Source of the DNA: Mycobacterium tuberculosis H37Rv
GTDB taxonomy: Bacteria; Actinomycetota; Actinomycetes; Mycobacteriales; Mycobacteriaceae
Length of the DNA: 32,000 nucleotides
NCBI RefSeq assembly: GCF_000195955.2
Contig: NC_000962.3
Span: 2,670,001 to 2,702,000, forward strand
Direction of reading: 5' to 3'
Numbering within the stretch: the first letter of the stretch is position 1; every line of letters starts with the position of its first letter. The position numbers were made by a program, and so were the translations under genes. This document shows, piece by piece, positions 10,765 through 18,009 of the stretch. The notes beneath the pieces were generated by a model. That model was given only the letters and a program-made list of their open reading frames with translations. It ran no database searches and had not been told where the DNA came from.

Positions 10765-12018
10765 ATGCTGCATGAGTTCTGGGTGAACTTCACTCACAAC
10801 CTGTTCAAGCCGCTGCTGCTGTTCTTCTATTTCGGGTTCTTGATCCCGATCTTCAAGGTGCGATTCGAGTTCCCCTATGTGCTCTACCAGGGCCTAACCC
10901 TGTATCTGCTGCTGGCCATCGGTTGGCACGGCGGCGAAGAACTCGCCAAGATCAAGCCGTCCAACGTCGGCGCCATCGTTGGGTTCATGGTGGTTGGCTT
11001 CGCCTTGAACTTCGTGATCGGCACCTTGGCATACTTCCTGCTGAGCAAGCTGACCGCCATGCGCCGGGTCGACAGGGCGACGGTCGCCGGCTATTACGGG
11101 TCGGACTCGGCAGGGACATTTGCCACCTGTGTAGCAGTCCTGACCAGCGTCGGCATGGCCTTCGACGCCTACATGCCGGTCATGTTGGCCGTCATGGAGA
11201 TCCCCGGCTGCCTGGTGGCGCTGTATCTGGTGGCGCGGCTGCGGCACCGAGGGATGAACGAGGCGGGGTACATGGCCGACGAGCCCGGCTACACCACAGC
11301 GGCGATGATCGGAGCGGGGCCCGGCACGCCCGCCCGGCCCGCTCACAGCGACAGCCTCACGGCCCAAGCCGAGCGCGGCATCGAAGAAGAGTTGGAGCTC
11401 TCGCTGGAAAAGCGCGAGCATCCAAATTGGGATGAAGACGGCGTCAAAGACAGCGGCACGAATGCGTCGATCTTCTCACGCGAGTTGCTGCAGGAAGTTT
11501 TCCTCAACCCGGGGCTCGTTCTCCTCTTCGGCGGCATCGTCATCGGCCTGATCAGTGGACTGCAGGGACAGAAGGTCCTACACGACGACGACAACTTCTT
11601 TGTGGCGGCATTCCAGGGCGTACTTTGCCTGTTCCTGTTGGAGATGGGCATGACGGCGTCGCGTAAGTTGAAGGATCTGGCGTCGGCGGGCAGTGGGTTC
11701 GTTTTCTTCGGCCTGCTGGCACCGAATCTGTTTGCGACGCTTGGGATCATCGTGGCCCACGGCTACGCATACGTCACTAACAACGACTTCGCGCCGGGCA
11801 CATATGTGCTGTTCGCGGTGCTCTGCGGCGCGGCGTCCTATATCGCCGTCCCGGCCGTGCAACGGCTTGCGATCCCCGAGGCCAGTCCGACCTTGCCGCT
11901 GGCCGCGTCGCTGGGTTTGACGTTCTCCTACAACGTCACGATCGGGATCCCGCTGTACATCGAGATCGCCCGCATCGTCGGGCAATGGTTCCCTGCCACC
12001 GGGGCTTCGATCGGTTAG
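10765..12018 (+). CDS. Membrane protein resembling SbtA-type sodium-dependent bicarbonate permeases (Sbt_1/DUF897 family)
   Basis: 417 aa from ATG 10765 with SD GGGAGG. Two multi-TM halves (LLLFFYFGFLIPIF..., VLLFGGIVIGLISG...) separated by a hydrophilic linker. Family assignment is from memory. Confidence 0.75.
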   Translation: MLHEFWVNFTHNLFKPLLLFFYFGFLIPIFKVRFEFPYVLYQGLTLYLLLAIGWHGGEELAKIKPSNVGAIVGFMVVGFALNFVIGTLAYFLLSKLTAMRRVDRATVAGYYGSDSAGTFATCVAVLTSVGMAFDAYMPVMLAVMEIPGCLVALYLVARLRHRGMNEAGYMADEPGYTTAAMIGAGPGTPARPAHSDSLTAQAERGIEEELELSLEKREHPNWDEDGVKDSGTNASIFSRELLQEVFLNPGLVLLFGGIVIGLISGLQGQKVLHDDDNFFVAAFQGVLCLFLLEMGMTASRKLKDLASAGSGFVFFGLLAPNLFATLGIIVAHGYAYVTNNDFAPGTYVLFAVLCGAASYIAVPAVQRLAIPEASPTLPLAASLGLTFSYNVTIGIPLYIEIARIVGQWFPATGASIG

Positions 12019-13142
12019 CCCAGCAGAGTGCGCACCACCGCGTCGGCCAGCAATCGCCCCCGGCCGGTGAGGACCAGTCGGTCGCCGTGGTAGTCCAGCA
12101 ATCCGTCGGCCAACACCGCCTCGGCACGTTCCCGTTCGGCAGCCCCTAGCCGGGCGAGCGGTAGCCCCTGGCGCAGCCGGACCTTCAGCAACACGTCTTC
12201 GGTGTGCAAAGCGTCGGCGCCCAGCTGCTCGAAGCCCGCTACCGGCAACGTCGCCCCGGCCAGTATCTCGGCGTAAGTGTTGGGGTGCTTGACATTCCAC
12301 CAGCGTGTCACGCCAATGTAGCCGTGCGCGCCCGGACCTGCGCCCCACCACTGGCCACCGTCCCAATAACCCAGGTTGTGCCGGCACTCGCCGCCCGGTC
12401 GACACCAATTGGACACCTCGTACCAGGCAAACCCGGCCGCCGACAGCCGAGCATCGACCAACTCGTAGCGATGCGCCAGCACGTCGTCATCGGGCGCGGC
12501 CAGCTCACCACGCCGAACCCGGCGAGCCAGTGCCGTGCCGTGCTCGACGACCAAGGCATACGCGGACACATGATCCACACCGGCCTGCACCGCGGCGTCC
12601 ACTGAGCGCACCAGGTCGTCGTCGGACTCCCCCGGGGTTCCATAGATCAGGTCGAGGTTGACGTGTGTGAAGCCCTCCGCTATCGCCTCGGTGGCCGCGG
12701 CCGCCGCCCGGCCCGGCGAGTGCACCCGGTCCAAGGTTGCCAGCACCCTCGGGGCCACCGACTGCATGCCGAGCGACACCCGCGTGTAACCGGCCGCGCG
12801 GATCGTGGCGAAGAACTCCGGCCACGTCGACTCGGGGTTGGCCTCGGTGCTGACTTCGGCGTCGGGCGCCAGCACAAAGTGGTCCCGCACCATGTCCAGC
12901 AACGTGGCCAGGCGCTCCCCCCCGAGCAGCGATGGCGTCCCGCCACCCACATACACGGTATGCACCGTCGGTGCGTCCAGCTTGGCGGCCGCCAGTTCGA
13001 GCTCCGCCCGCAGCGCCAGCAGCCAACGGTCCGGGCTGACGCCACCCAGCTGGGCCGGGGTGTAGGTATTGAAGTCGCAGTACCCGCAACGGGTCAGGCA
13101 GAACGGGACGTGCAGGTAGACCCCGAACGGTTGTCCGGGCAT
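12015..13142 (-). CDS. hemN: HemW/HemN-like radical SAM protein (putative coproporphyrinogen III oxidase or heme chaperone)
   Basis: 375 aa from the internal ATG. Radical SAM motif CLTRCGYCDF and GGGTPSLL. Its stop overlaps the convergent upstream gene by 4 bp. Confidence 0.9.
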   Translation of the reverse strand: MPGQPFGVYLHVPFCLTRCGYCDFNTYTPAQLGGVSPDRWLLALRAELELAAAKLDAPTVHTVYVGGGTPSLLGGERLATLLDMVRDHFVLAPDAEVSTEANPESTWPEFFATIRAAGYTRVSLGMQSVAPRVLATLDRVHSPGRAAAAATEAIAEGFTHVNLDLIYGTPGESDDDLVRSVDAAVQAGVDHVSAYALVVEHGTALARRVRRGELAAPDDDVLAHRYELVDARLSAAGFAWYEVSNWCRPGGECRHNLGYWDGGQWWGAGPGAHGYIGVTRWWNVKHPNTYAEILAGATLPVAGFEQLGADALHTEDVLLKVRLRQGLPLARLGAAERERAEAVLADGLLDYHGDRLVLTGRGRLLADAVVRTLLG

Positions 13143-13247
13143 GGGCGCCAGGCCGGGCAGCTCAACTGGTGCCTGCCGAAATACCATGCCAAATCATCGC
13201 ATAGCGCGTACCAGCTAGGGTGGCCAGCAATGTAACGCAGGCACACC

Positions 13248-13712
13248 TCAATCGTCCCTGCTCCCCGAACAACCTCCAGTCTCGGCCGCGAGGAACGTCA
13301 GGATGTGGGTGAGCGAGCCCAGCGGTGCGTCTCCCTGACTACAAGAACTACATTTCGGCCACGCACCCGGGCCTTGGGTTTTCATAATGTTGTCTGCGAC
13401 CTCGATCTGTTGCTGGGGACTCGCGGCCGCCGGCGACCCGACACCACCGTTGGAATCCCACGTCGCCTGGCTGATCTGCAGACCACCGTATAACCCGTTA
13501 CCGGTGTTGGCCGCCCAATTGCCGCCGGATTCGCATTGCGCGATGGCGTCCCAATCGATGTCGTCGGCTTTCGAGCTGATGGTGGACAGACCCAACAACG
13601 CGACAAACATGGTCGCGACAACGGCGGTTTCGATGAACACCGTGCATACGATCCTGGCGCACCTGTCACGTGGTCGGCCAGCACCCGCAGTAGTAAGCAA
13701 ACCCGGTGTCAT
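13248..13712 (-). CDS. rpfD: Resuscitation-promoting factor RpfD
   Basis: 154 aa. N-terminal hydrophobic segment and the Rpf domain DDIDWDAIAQCESGGNWAANTGNGLYGGLQISQATWDSNGG. Confidence 0.95.
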   Translation of the reverse strand: MTPGLLTTAGAGRPRDRCARIVCTVFIETAVVATMFVALLGLSTISSKADDIDWDAIAQCESGGNWAANTGNGLYGGLQISQATWDSNGGVGSPAAASPQQQIEVADNIMKTQGPGAWPKCSSCSQGDAPLGSLTHILTFLAAETGGCSGSRDD

Positions 13713-14266
13713 AGCAGCTCCACCTTGCTGGCCAGCCAGCGGCCGTTCACCTTGTCCATGATCACCTTGATCCGACTGCGGTCGATCTGCGGCGTTGGGC
13801 TGTTCCGGTTGCTGACCGACTGGTCGATGAACATCAGGACCACTACCTTGTTCGTGGTGGCTGATTTGACCGACGCCGCCACGACGGTCCCGTGGGTGGC
13901 CACCCGATTGTCGGCCAGCAGTTGGCGAAGGTGCGCACTGGATTTGCCGTACTTATCTTTGAACTCGCCGGTCGAACCCTCGAGAATGTCCCTCATGTTG
14001 TGGTCGATCCGCTCACAGTCCATGGTGGCCAGCTTGACGACATAGCTGCGTGCGGCCTGCAGTGCCTGGCCGGCGGCGACGTCTGTCTGATGCTTCTCAA
14101 AGAGCACCCATCCGCACCATCCAGACCCGGCCAACGACACAACCACCGCGACGGCGCCAACCCAGCCAATCACCGATCTGGTTAACCGACCGCGGCCGGG
14201 AGTTTCGGCCGGTTCGCCGGTGCCGCCTGGCTCACTTGCACCGTGGCCCCGGCCGAAGATGGCCAT
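13709..14266 (-). CDS. Mce-associated-like single-pass membrane protein (conserved hypothetical)
   Basis: About 185-188 aa. One TM segment (IGWVGAVAVVVSLAGSGWCGWVLF) followed by an extracytoplasmic domain. Overlaps the rpfD start by 4 bp (ATGA). Start uncertain between 14266 and 14275. Confidence 0.8.
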   Translation of the reverse strand: MAIFGRGHGASEPGGTGEPAETPGRGRLTRSVIGWVGAVAVVVSLAGSGWCGWVLFEKHQTDVAAGQALQAARSYVVKLATMDCERIDHNMRDILEGSTGEFKDKYGKSSAHLRQLLADNRVATHGTVVAASVKSATTNKVVVLMFIDQSVSNRNSPTPQIDRSRIKVIMDKVNGRWLASKVELL

Positions 14267-14474
14267 TCTGCGCACGATTGACCTCGATCACTATCCGCTA
14301 AGACAACTATCTCAGTAGTCATATTTGGTCACATCTGTCACTCCTGTCAACGTCAGGTGCGCGTCTCCCAGCGGATTCCCGGGTCGGCCTATCCATCCAT
14401 CCAGGCTTGTTGCGTAGTTTTGATCATCGTGAAAAGAAATTTGACCAGGTCGCGCAGCTGCACGCCATCCATGG

Positions 14475-14480
14475 CAGAAT
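14475..14480 (+). promoter_or_regulatory. Putative -10 hexamer (CAGAAT) for leaderless transcription at GTG 14487
   Basis: The hexamer occupies -12 to -7 relative to the G of the GTG start codon at 14487. Confidence 0.45.
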
Positions 14481-14486
14481 GTCACC

Positions 14487-14588
14487 GTGACCGCCGCCAA
14501 GAACCCGCGCCCCGATCTGCGAATCGCGCTGGTGGCTCGGCGGCACATCGACCTCAAGCGGGTCTGCAGCTGTGGCTGTCGGCCTTGA
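14487..14588 (+). CDS. Cysteine-rich leader peptide upstream of sirA-cysH-che1
   Basis: Translates by hand to VTAAKNPRPDLRIALVARRHIDLKRVCSCGCRP* (33 aa, GTG start). Three Cys codons (TGC, TGT, TGT) in the last 7 codons. Below the size cut-off of the supplied ORF track. Confidence 0.75.
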   Translation: MTAAKNPRPDLRIALVARRHIDLKRVCSCGCRP

Positions 14589-14619
14589 CGCCGTAAACCC
14601 AGCCCACCTGTATCTGCAG
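14564..14619 (+). promoter_or_regulatory. Candidate attenuator hairpin overlapping the Cys codons
   Basis: The 5' arm CTGCAG-CT-GTGG-CTG (14564-14578) is complementary to the 3' arm CAG-CCCACCTGTAT-CTGCAG (14600-14619), with small bulges. Confidence 0.45.
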
Positions 14620-14678
14620 CCGGCGACCGGATCTGCCCCTCCCGGAACAAGCGGCGTTTAGCGCGTCCTAGGTCGGCG

Positions 14679-16370
14679 ATGTCCGCGAAGGAGAACCCCC
14701 AAATGACCACTGCACGTCCCGCCAAGGCTCGAAATGAGGGCCAGTGGGCGCTGGGACATCGCGAGCCACTCAACGCCAACGAAGAGCTGAAGAAGGCCGG
14801 CAACCCGCTCGACGTGCGGGAGCGCATCGAAAACATCTACGCCAAACAGGGTTTCGACAGCATCGACAAGACCGACCTGCGAGGGCGCTTTCGCTGGTGG
14901 GGCCTGTACACCCAGCGTGAGCAGGGCTACGACGGCACCTGGACCGGTGACGACAACATCGACAAGCTCGAGGCCAAATACTTCATGATGCGGGTGCGTT
15001 GCGACGGCGGCGCGCTCTCGGCTGCCGCGCTGCGCACGCTGGGCCAGATCTCGACGGAGTTCGCGCGCGATACCGCCGATATCTCCGACCGGCAGAACGT
15101 GCAATACCACTGGATCGAAGTGGAAAACGTCCCTGAAATCTGGCGACGGTTAGACGATGTCGGACTGCAGACCACCGAGGCGTGCGGTGACTGCCCGCGG
15201 GTAGTGCTGGGCTCGCCGTTGGCCGGCGAGTCGCTCGACGAAGTGCTCGACCCGACCTGGGCGATCGAGGAGATCGTGCGTCGCTACATCGGCAAGCCCG
15301 ACTTCGCCGACTTGCCGCGCAAGTACAAGACCGCCATCTCTGGCCTGCAGGACGTCGCGCACGAGATCAACGACGTCGCCTTCATCGGCGTCAACCATCC
15401 CGAGCACGGACCAGGCCTGGATCTGTGGGTGGGCGGTGGACTGTCGACCAACCCGATGCTGGCCCAGCGGGTCGGCGCCTGGGTTCCACTGGGCGAAGTG
15501 CCCGAGGTGTGGGCGGCGGTCACCTCGGTGTTTCGCGACTACGGCTACCGGCGACTGCGCGCCAAGGCCCGGCTGAAATTTCTGATCAAAGACTGGGGCA
15601 TAGCGAAGTTCCGCGAAGTGCTCGAAACCGAGTACCTCAAGCGTCCGCTGATCGACGGTCCGGCCCCCGAACCGGTCAAGCATCCGATCGACCACGTCGG
15701 GGTGCAACGACTCAAGAACGGGCTCAACGCCGTCGGAGTCGCCCCCATCGCCGGGCGGGTATCGGGCACCATCCTCACGGCGGTCGCCGACCTGATGGCG
15801 CGGGCCGGTTCCGACCGGATCCGGTTCACCCCCTACCAGAAGCTGGTCATCCTCGACATTCCGGACGCCTTGCTCGACGACTTGATCGCCGGTCTGGACG
15901 CGCTGGGGCTGCAGTCGCGCCCGTCGCATTGGCGCCGGAACTTGATGGCGTGCAGCGGGATTGAGTTCTGCAAGTTGTCATTCGCCGAAACCCGGGTTCG
16001 AGCACAGCATTTGGTGCCCGAGCTGGAACGCCGGCTTGAGGACATCAACTCGCAGCTCGACGTACCGATCACCGTCAACATCAACGGCTGCCCGAACTCA
16101 TGTGCGCGAATTCAAATCGCCGACATCGGATTCAAGGGACAGATGATCGACGACGGACACGGCGGCTCCGTCGAAGGCTTCCAGGTGCATCTGGGCGGAC
16201 ACCTCGGCCTGGATGCCGGATTCGGCCGCAAACTGCGCCAGCACAAGGTCACCAGTGACGAACTCGGCGACTACATCGACCGGGTGGTGCGCAACTTCGT
16301 CAAACACCGCAGCGAAGGTGAACGCTTCGCGCAGTGGGTCATCCGGGCCGAGGAGGACGACCTGCGATGA
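14679..16370 (+). CDS. sirA: SirA (historically NirA), ferredoxin-dependent assimilatory sulfite reductase
   Basis: 563 aa. Siroheme/4Fe-4S protein features: GDCPRVVLGSPLAG, ACSGIEFCKLSFAETR, NINGCPNSCARIQIADIGF. The second ATG at 14703 is better placed behind AAGGAG. Confidence 0.95.
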   Translation: MSAKENPQMTTARPAKARNEGQWALGHREPLNANEELKKAGNPLDVRERIENIYAKQGFDSIDKTDLRGRFRWWGLYTQREQGYDGTWTGDDNIDKLEAKYFMMRVRCDGGALSAAALRTLGQISTEFARDTADISDRQNVQYHWIEVENVPEIWRRLDDVGLQTTEACGDCPRVVLGSPLAGESLDEVLDPTWAIEEIVRRYIGKPDFADLPRKYKTAISGLQDVAHEINDVAFIGVNHPEHGPGLDLWVGGGLSTNPMLAQRVGAWVPLGEVPEVWAAVTSVFRDYGYRRLRAKARLKFLIKDWGIAKFREVLETEYLKRPLIDGPAPEPVKHPIDHVGVQRLKNGLNAVGVAPIAGRVSGTILTAVADLMARAGSDRIRFTPYQKLVILDIPDALLDDLIAGLDALGLQSRPSHWRRNLMACSGIEFCKLSFAETRVRAQHLVPELERRLEDINSQLDVPITVNINGCPNSCARIQIADIGFKGQMIDDGHGGSVEGFQVHLGGHLGLDAGFGRKLRQHKVTSDELGDYIDRVVRNFVKHRSEGERFAQWVIRAEEDDLR

Positions 16371-17131
16371 GCGGCGAGACAACCAGGCTGACCGAACCGC
16401 AACTACGTGAGCTGGCCGCGCGCGGAGCTGCCGAACTCGACGGCGCCACCGCCACCGACATGTTGCGCTGGACCGACGAAACCTTCGGCGACATCGGCGG
16501 CGCCGGCGGCGGCGTGAGCGGACATCGCGGGTGGACAACGTGCAACTACGTAGTTGCTTCCAACATGGCTGATGCGGTGCTGGTGGATCTGGCCGCCAAG
16601 GTGCGACCGGGCGTACCGGTCATCTTTCTTGATACCGGCTACCACTTCGTCGAAACAATCGGCACCAGAGATGCGATCGAGTCCGTCTATGACGTCCGGG
16701 TGCTCAATGTCACTCCGGAGCACACAGTGGCCGAGCAGGACGAACTGCTGGGCAAGGACTTGTTCGCCCGCAACCCCCATGAATGCTGCCGGTTGCGCAA
16801 GGTCGTTCCCCTGGGCAAGACGCTGCGTGGCTACTCCGCGTGGGTGACCGGGCTACGGCGGGTCGATGCACCGACCCGGGCCAATGCCCCGCTGGTCAGC
16901 TTCGATGAGACGTTCAAACTAGTGAAGGTCAACCCGCTGGCGGCGTGGACCGACCAAGATGTGCAGGAATACATTGCCGACAACGACGTGCTGGTTAATC
17001 CGCTTGTGCGGGAAGGCTATCCGTCGATCGGTTGCGCTCCGTGCACAGCCAAACCCGCCGAAGGCGCCGACCCGCGCAGCGGACGCTGGCAGGGGCTGGC
17101 CAAGACCGAATGCGGGTTGCACGCCTCGTGA
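16367..17131 (+). CDS. cysH: CysH, adenosine-5'-phosphosulfate (APS) reductase
   Basis: 254 aa from ATG 16367, overlapping the sirA stop (ATGA). Motifs CCRLRKVVPL, SIGCAPCTAKP and C-terminal ECGLH of [4Fe-4S] APS reductases. Confidence 0.95.
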   Translation: MSGETTRLTEPQLRELAARGAAELDGATATDMLRWTDETFGDIGGAGGGVSGHRGWTTCNYVVASNMADAVLVDLAAKVRPGVPVIFLDTGYHFVETIGTRDAIESVYDVRVLNVTPEHTVAEQDELLGKDLFARNPHECCRLRKVVPLGKTLRGYSAWVTGLRRVDAPTRANAPLVSFDETFKLVKVNPLAAWTDQDVQEYIADNDVLVNPLVREGYPSIGCAPCTAKPAEGADPRSGRWQGLAKTECGLHAS

Positions 17132-17973
17132 CCGCGCCGGCGACGATGCAGAGCGCAGCGATGCTGAGGAGCGGCGCCATCGAAGCACCGCCGGCGACGA
17201 TGCAGAGCGCAGCGATGCGGTGGGGGCACCTCCCGCTTGCGGAGGAGAGCGGCACCATCGCGCCTCAGCTCGTCCTCACCGCACACGGCAGCAAAGATCC
17301 GCGATCGGCCGCCAACGCACGGGCTATCGCGGGCCGGCTGGCGCGCATGCGGCCCGGGCTCGACGTGCGGGTCGCGTTCTGTGAGCTCAACTCGCCCAAC
17401 CTGGTCGACGTGCTCAACCGCTGTCGAGGAGCAGCTGTGGTCACCCCGCTGCTGCTGGCCGATGCCTACCATGCTCGCGTCGACATCCCTGCCCAGATCG
17501 CCAGCTGCCGCGTTGGTCACCGGGTACGCCAGGCCAGTGTGCTGGGTGAGGACATTCGGCTGGTGTCAGCGCTGCATGAGCGCCTCACCGAGCTGGGGGT
17601 TTCGCCGTTCGACCACACACTGGGGGTGGTCGTGCTCGCGATCGGCTCATCGCATCCCGCGGCCAATGCGCGCACCTCGACGGTGGCGTCAAGGCTGGCG
17701 GAGGGGACCCAGTGGGCCGCGGTGACGACCGCTTTCATCACCCGACCGGAGGCTTCGCTGGCCGATGCCACCGATCGGTTGCGACGCCACGGTGCCCGTC
17801 GGATGGTCATCGCGCCATGGCTGCTCGCCCCTGGGATACTGTCTGACCGGGTACGCGGATACGCACGGGAAGCCGGCATCGCGATGGCACAACCGCTGGG
17901 TGCACACCCGATGGTGGCCGCGACCATGTGGGATCGCTACCGACAAGCCGTGGCCGGTCGGATCGCGGCCTAG
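17128..17973 (+). CDS. che1: CbiX/SirB-like sirohydrochlorin ferrochelatase/cobaltochelatase
   Basis: 281 aa from GTG 17128, overlapping the cysH stop (GTGA). Tandem chelatase halves LVLTAHGSKDPRS... and VVLAIGSSHPAAN.... Third gene of a sulfite-reductase operon that needs siroheme. Confidence 0.85.
   Translation: MTAPATMQSAAMLRSGAIEAPPATMQSAAMRWGHLPLAEESGTIAPQLVLTAHGSKDPRSAANARAIAGRLARMRPGLDVRVAFCELNSPNLVDVLNRCRGAAVVTPLLLADAYHARVDIPAQIASCRVGHRVRQASVLGEDIRLVSALHERLTELGVSPFDHTLGVVVLAIGSSHPAANARTSTVASRLAEGTQWAAVTTAFITRPEASLADATDRLRRHGARRMVIAPWLLAPGILSDRVRGYAREAGIAMAQPLGAHPMVAATMWDRYRQAVAGRIAA
17136..17218. repeat. 54-bp-period VNTR (MIRU-type; period and context match MIRU24/VNTR 2687)
   Basis: The identical 29-mer GCCGGCGACGATGCAGAGCGCAGCGATGC is present at 17136-17164 and 17190-17218. 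Identity with MIRU24 is from memory of its location and 54-bp unit. Confidence 0.8.
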
Positions 17974-18009
17974 GTCTTCTCGAAGGTCTGCTGGAACGGA
18001 TGTCCTCTG

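Noticed and set aside
14300-14345. TCACATCTGTCACTC near 14330 as a PhoP box
   Set aside because: The repeat spacing is 9 rather than 11 bp and the second half is poor.
14312-14836. Minus-strand 174-aa ORF across the sirA leader, and plus-strand ORF 14357..14596 (80 aa)
   Set aside because: No RBS or domain. They overlap the Cys leader in other frames. The 33-aa GTG frame has a better promoter and functional context.
17136-17218. Consideration of the 54-bp repeats as an insertion-sequence remnant
   Set aside because: No terminal inverted repeats, transposase frame or target duplication visible. The sequence is typical MIRU-type repeat.
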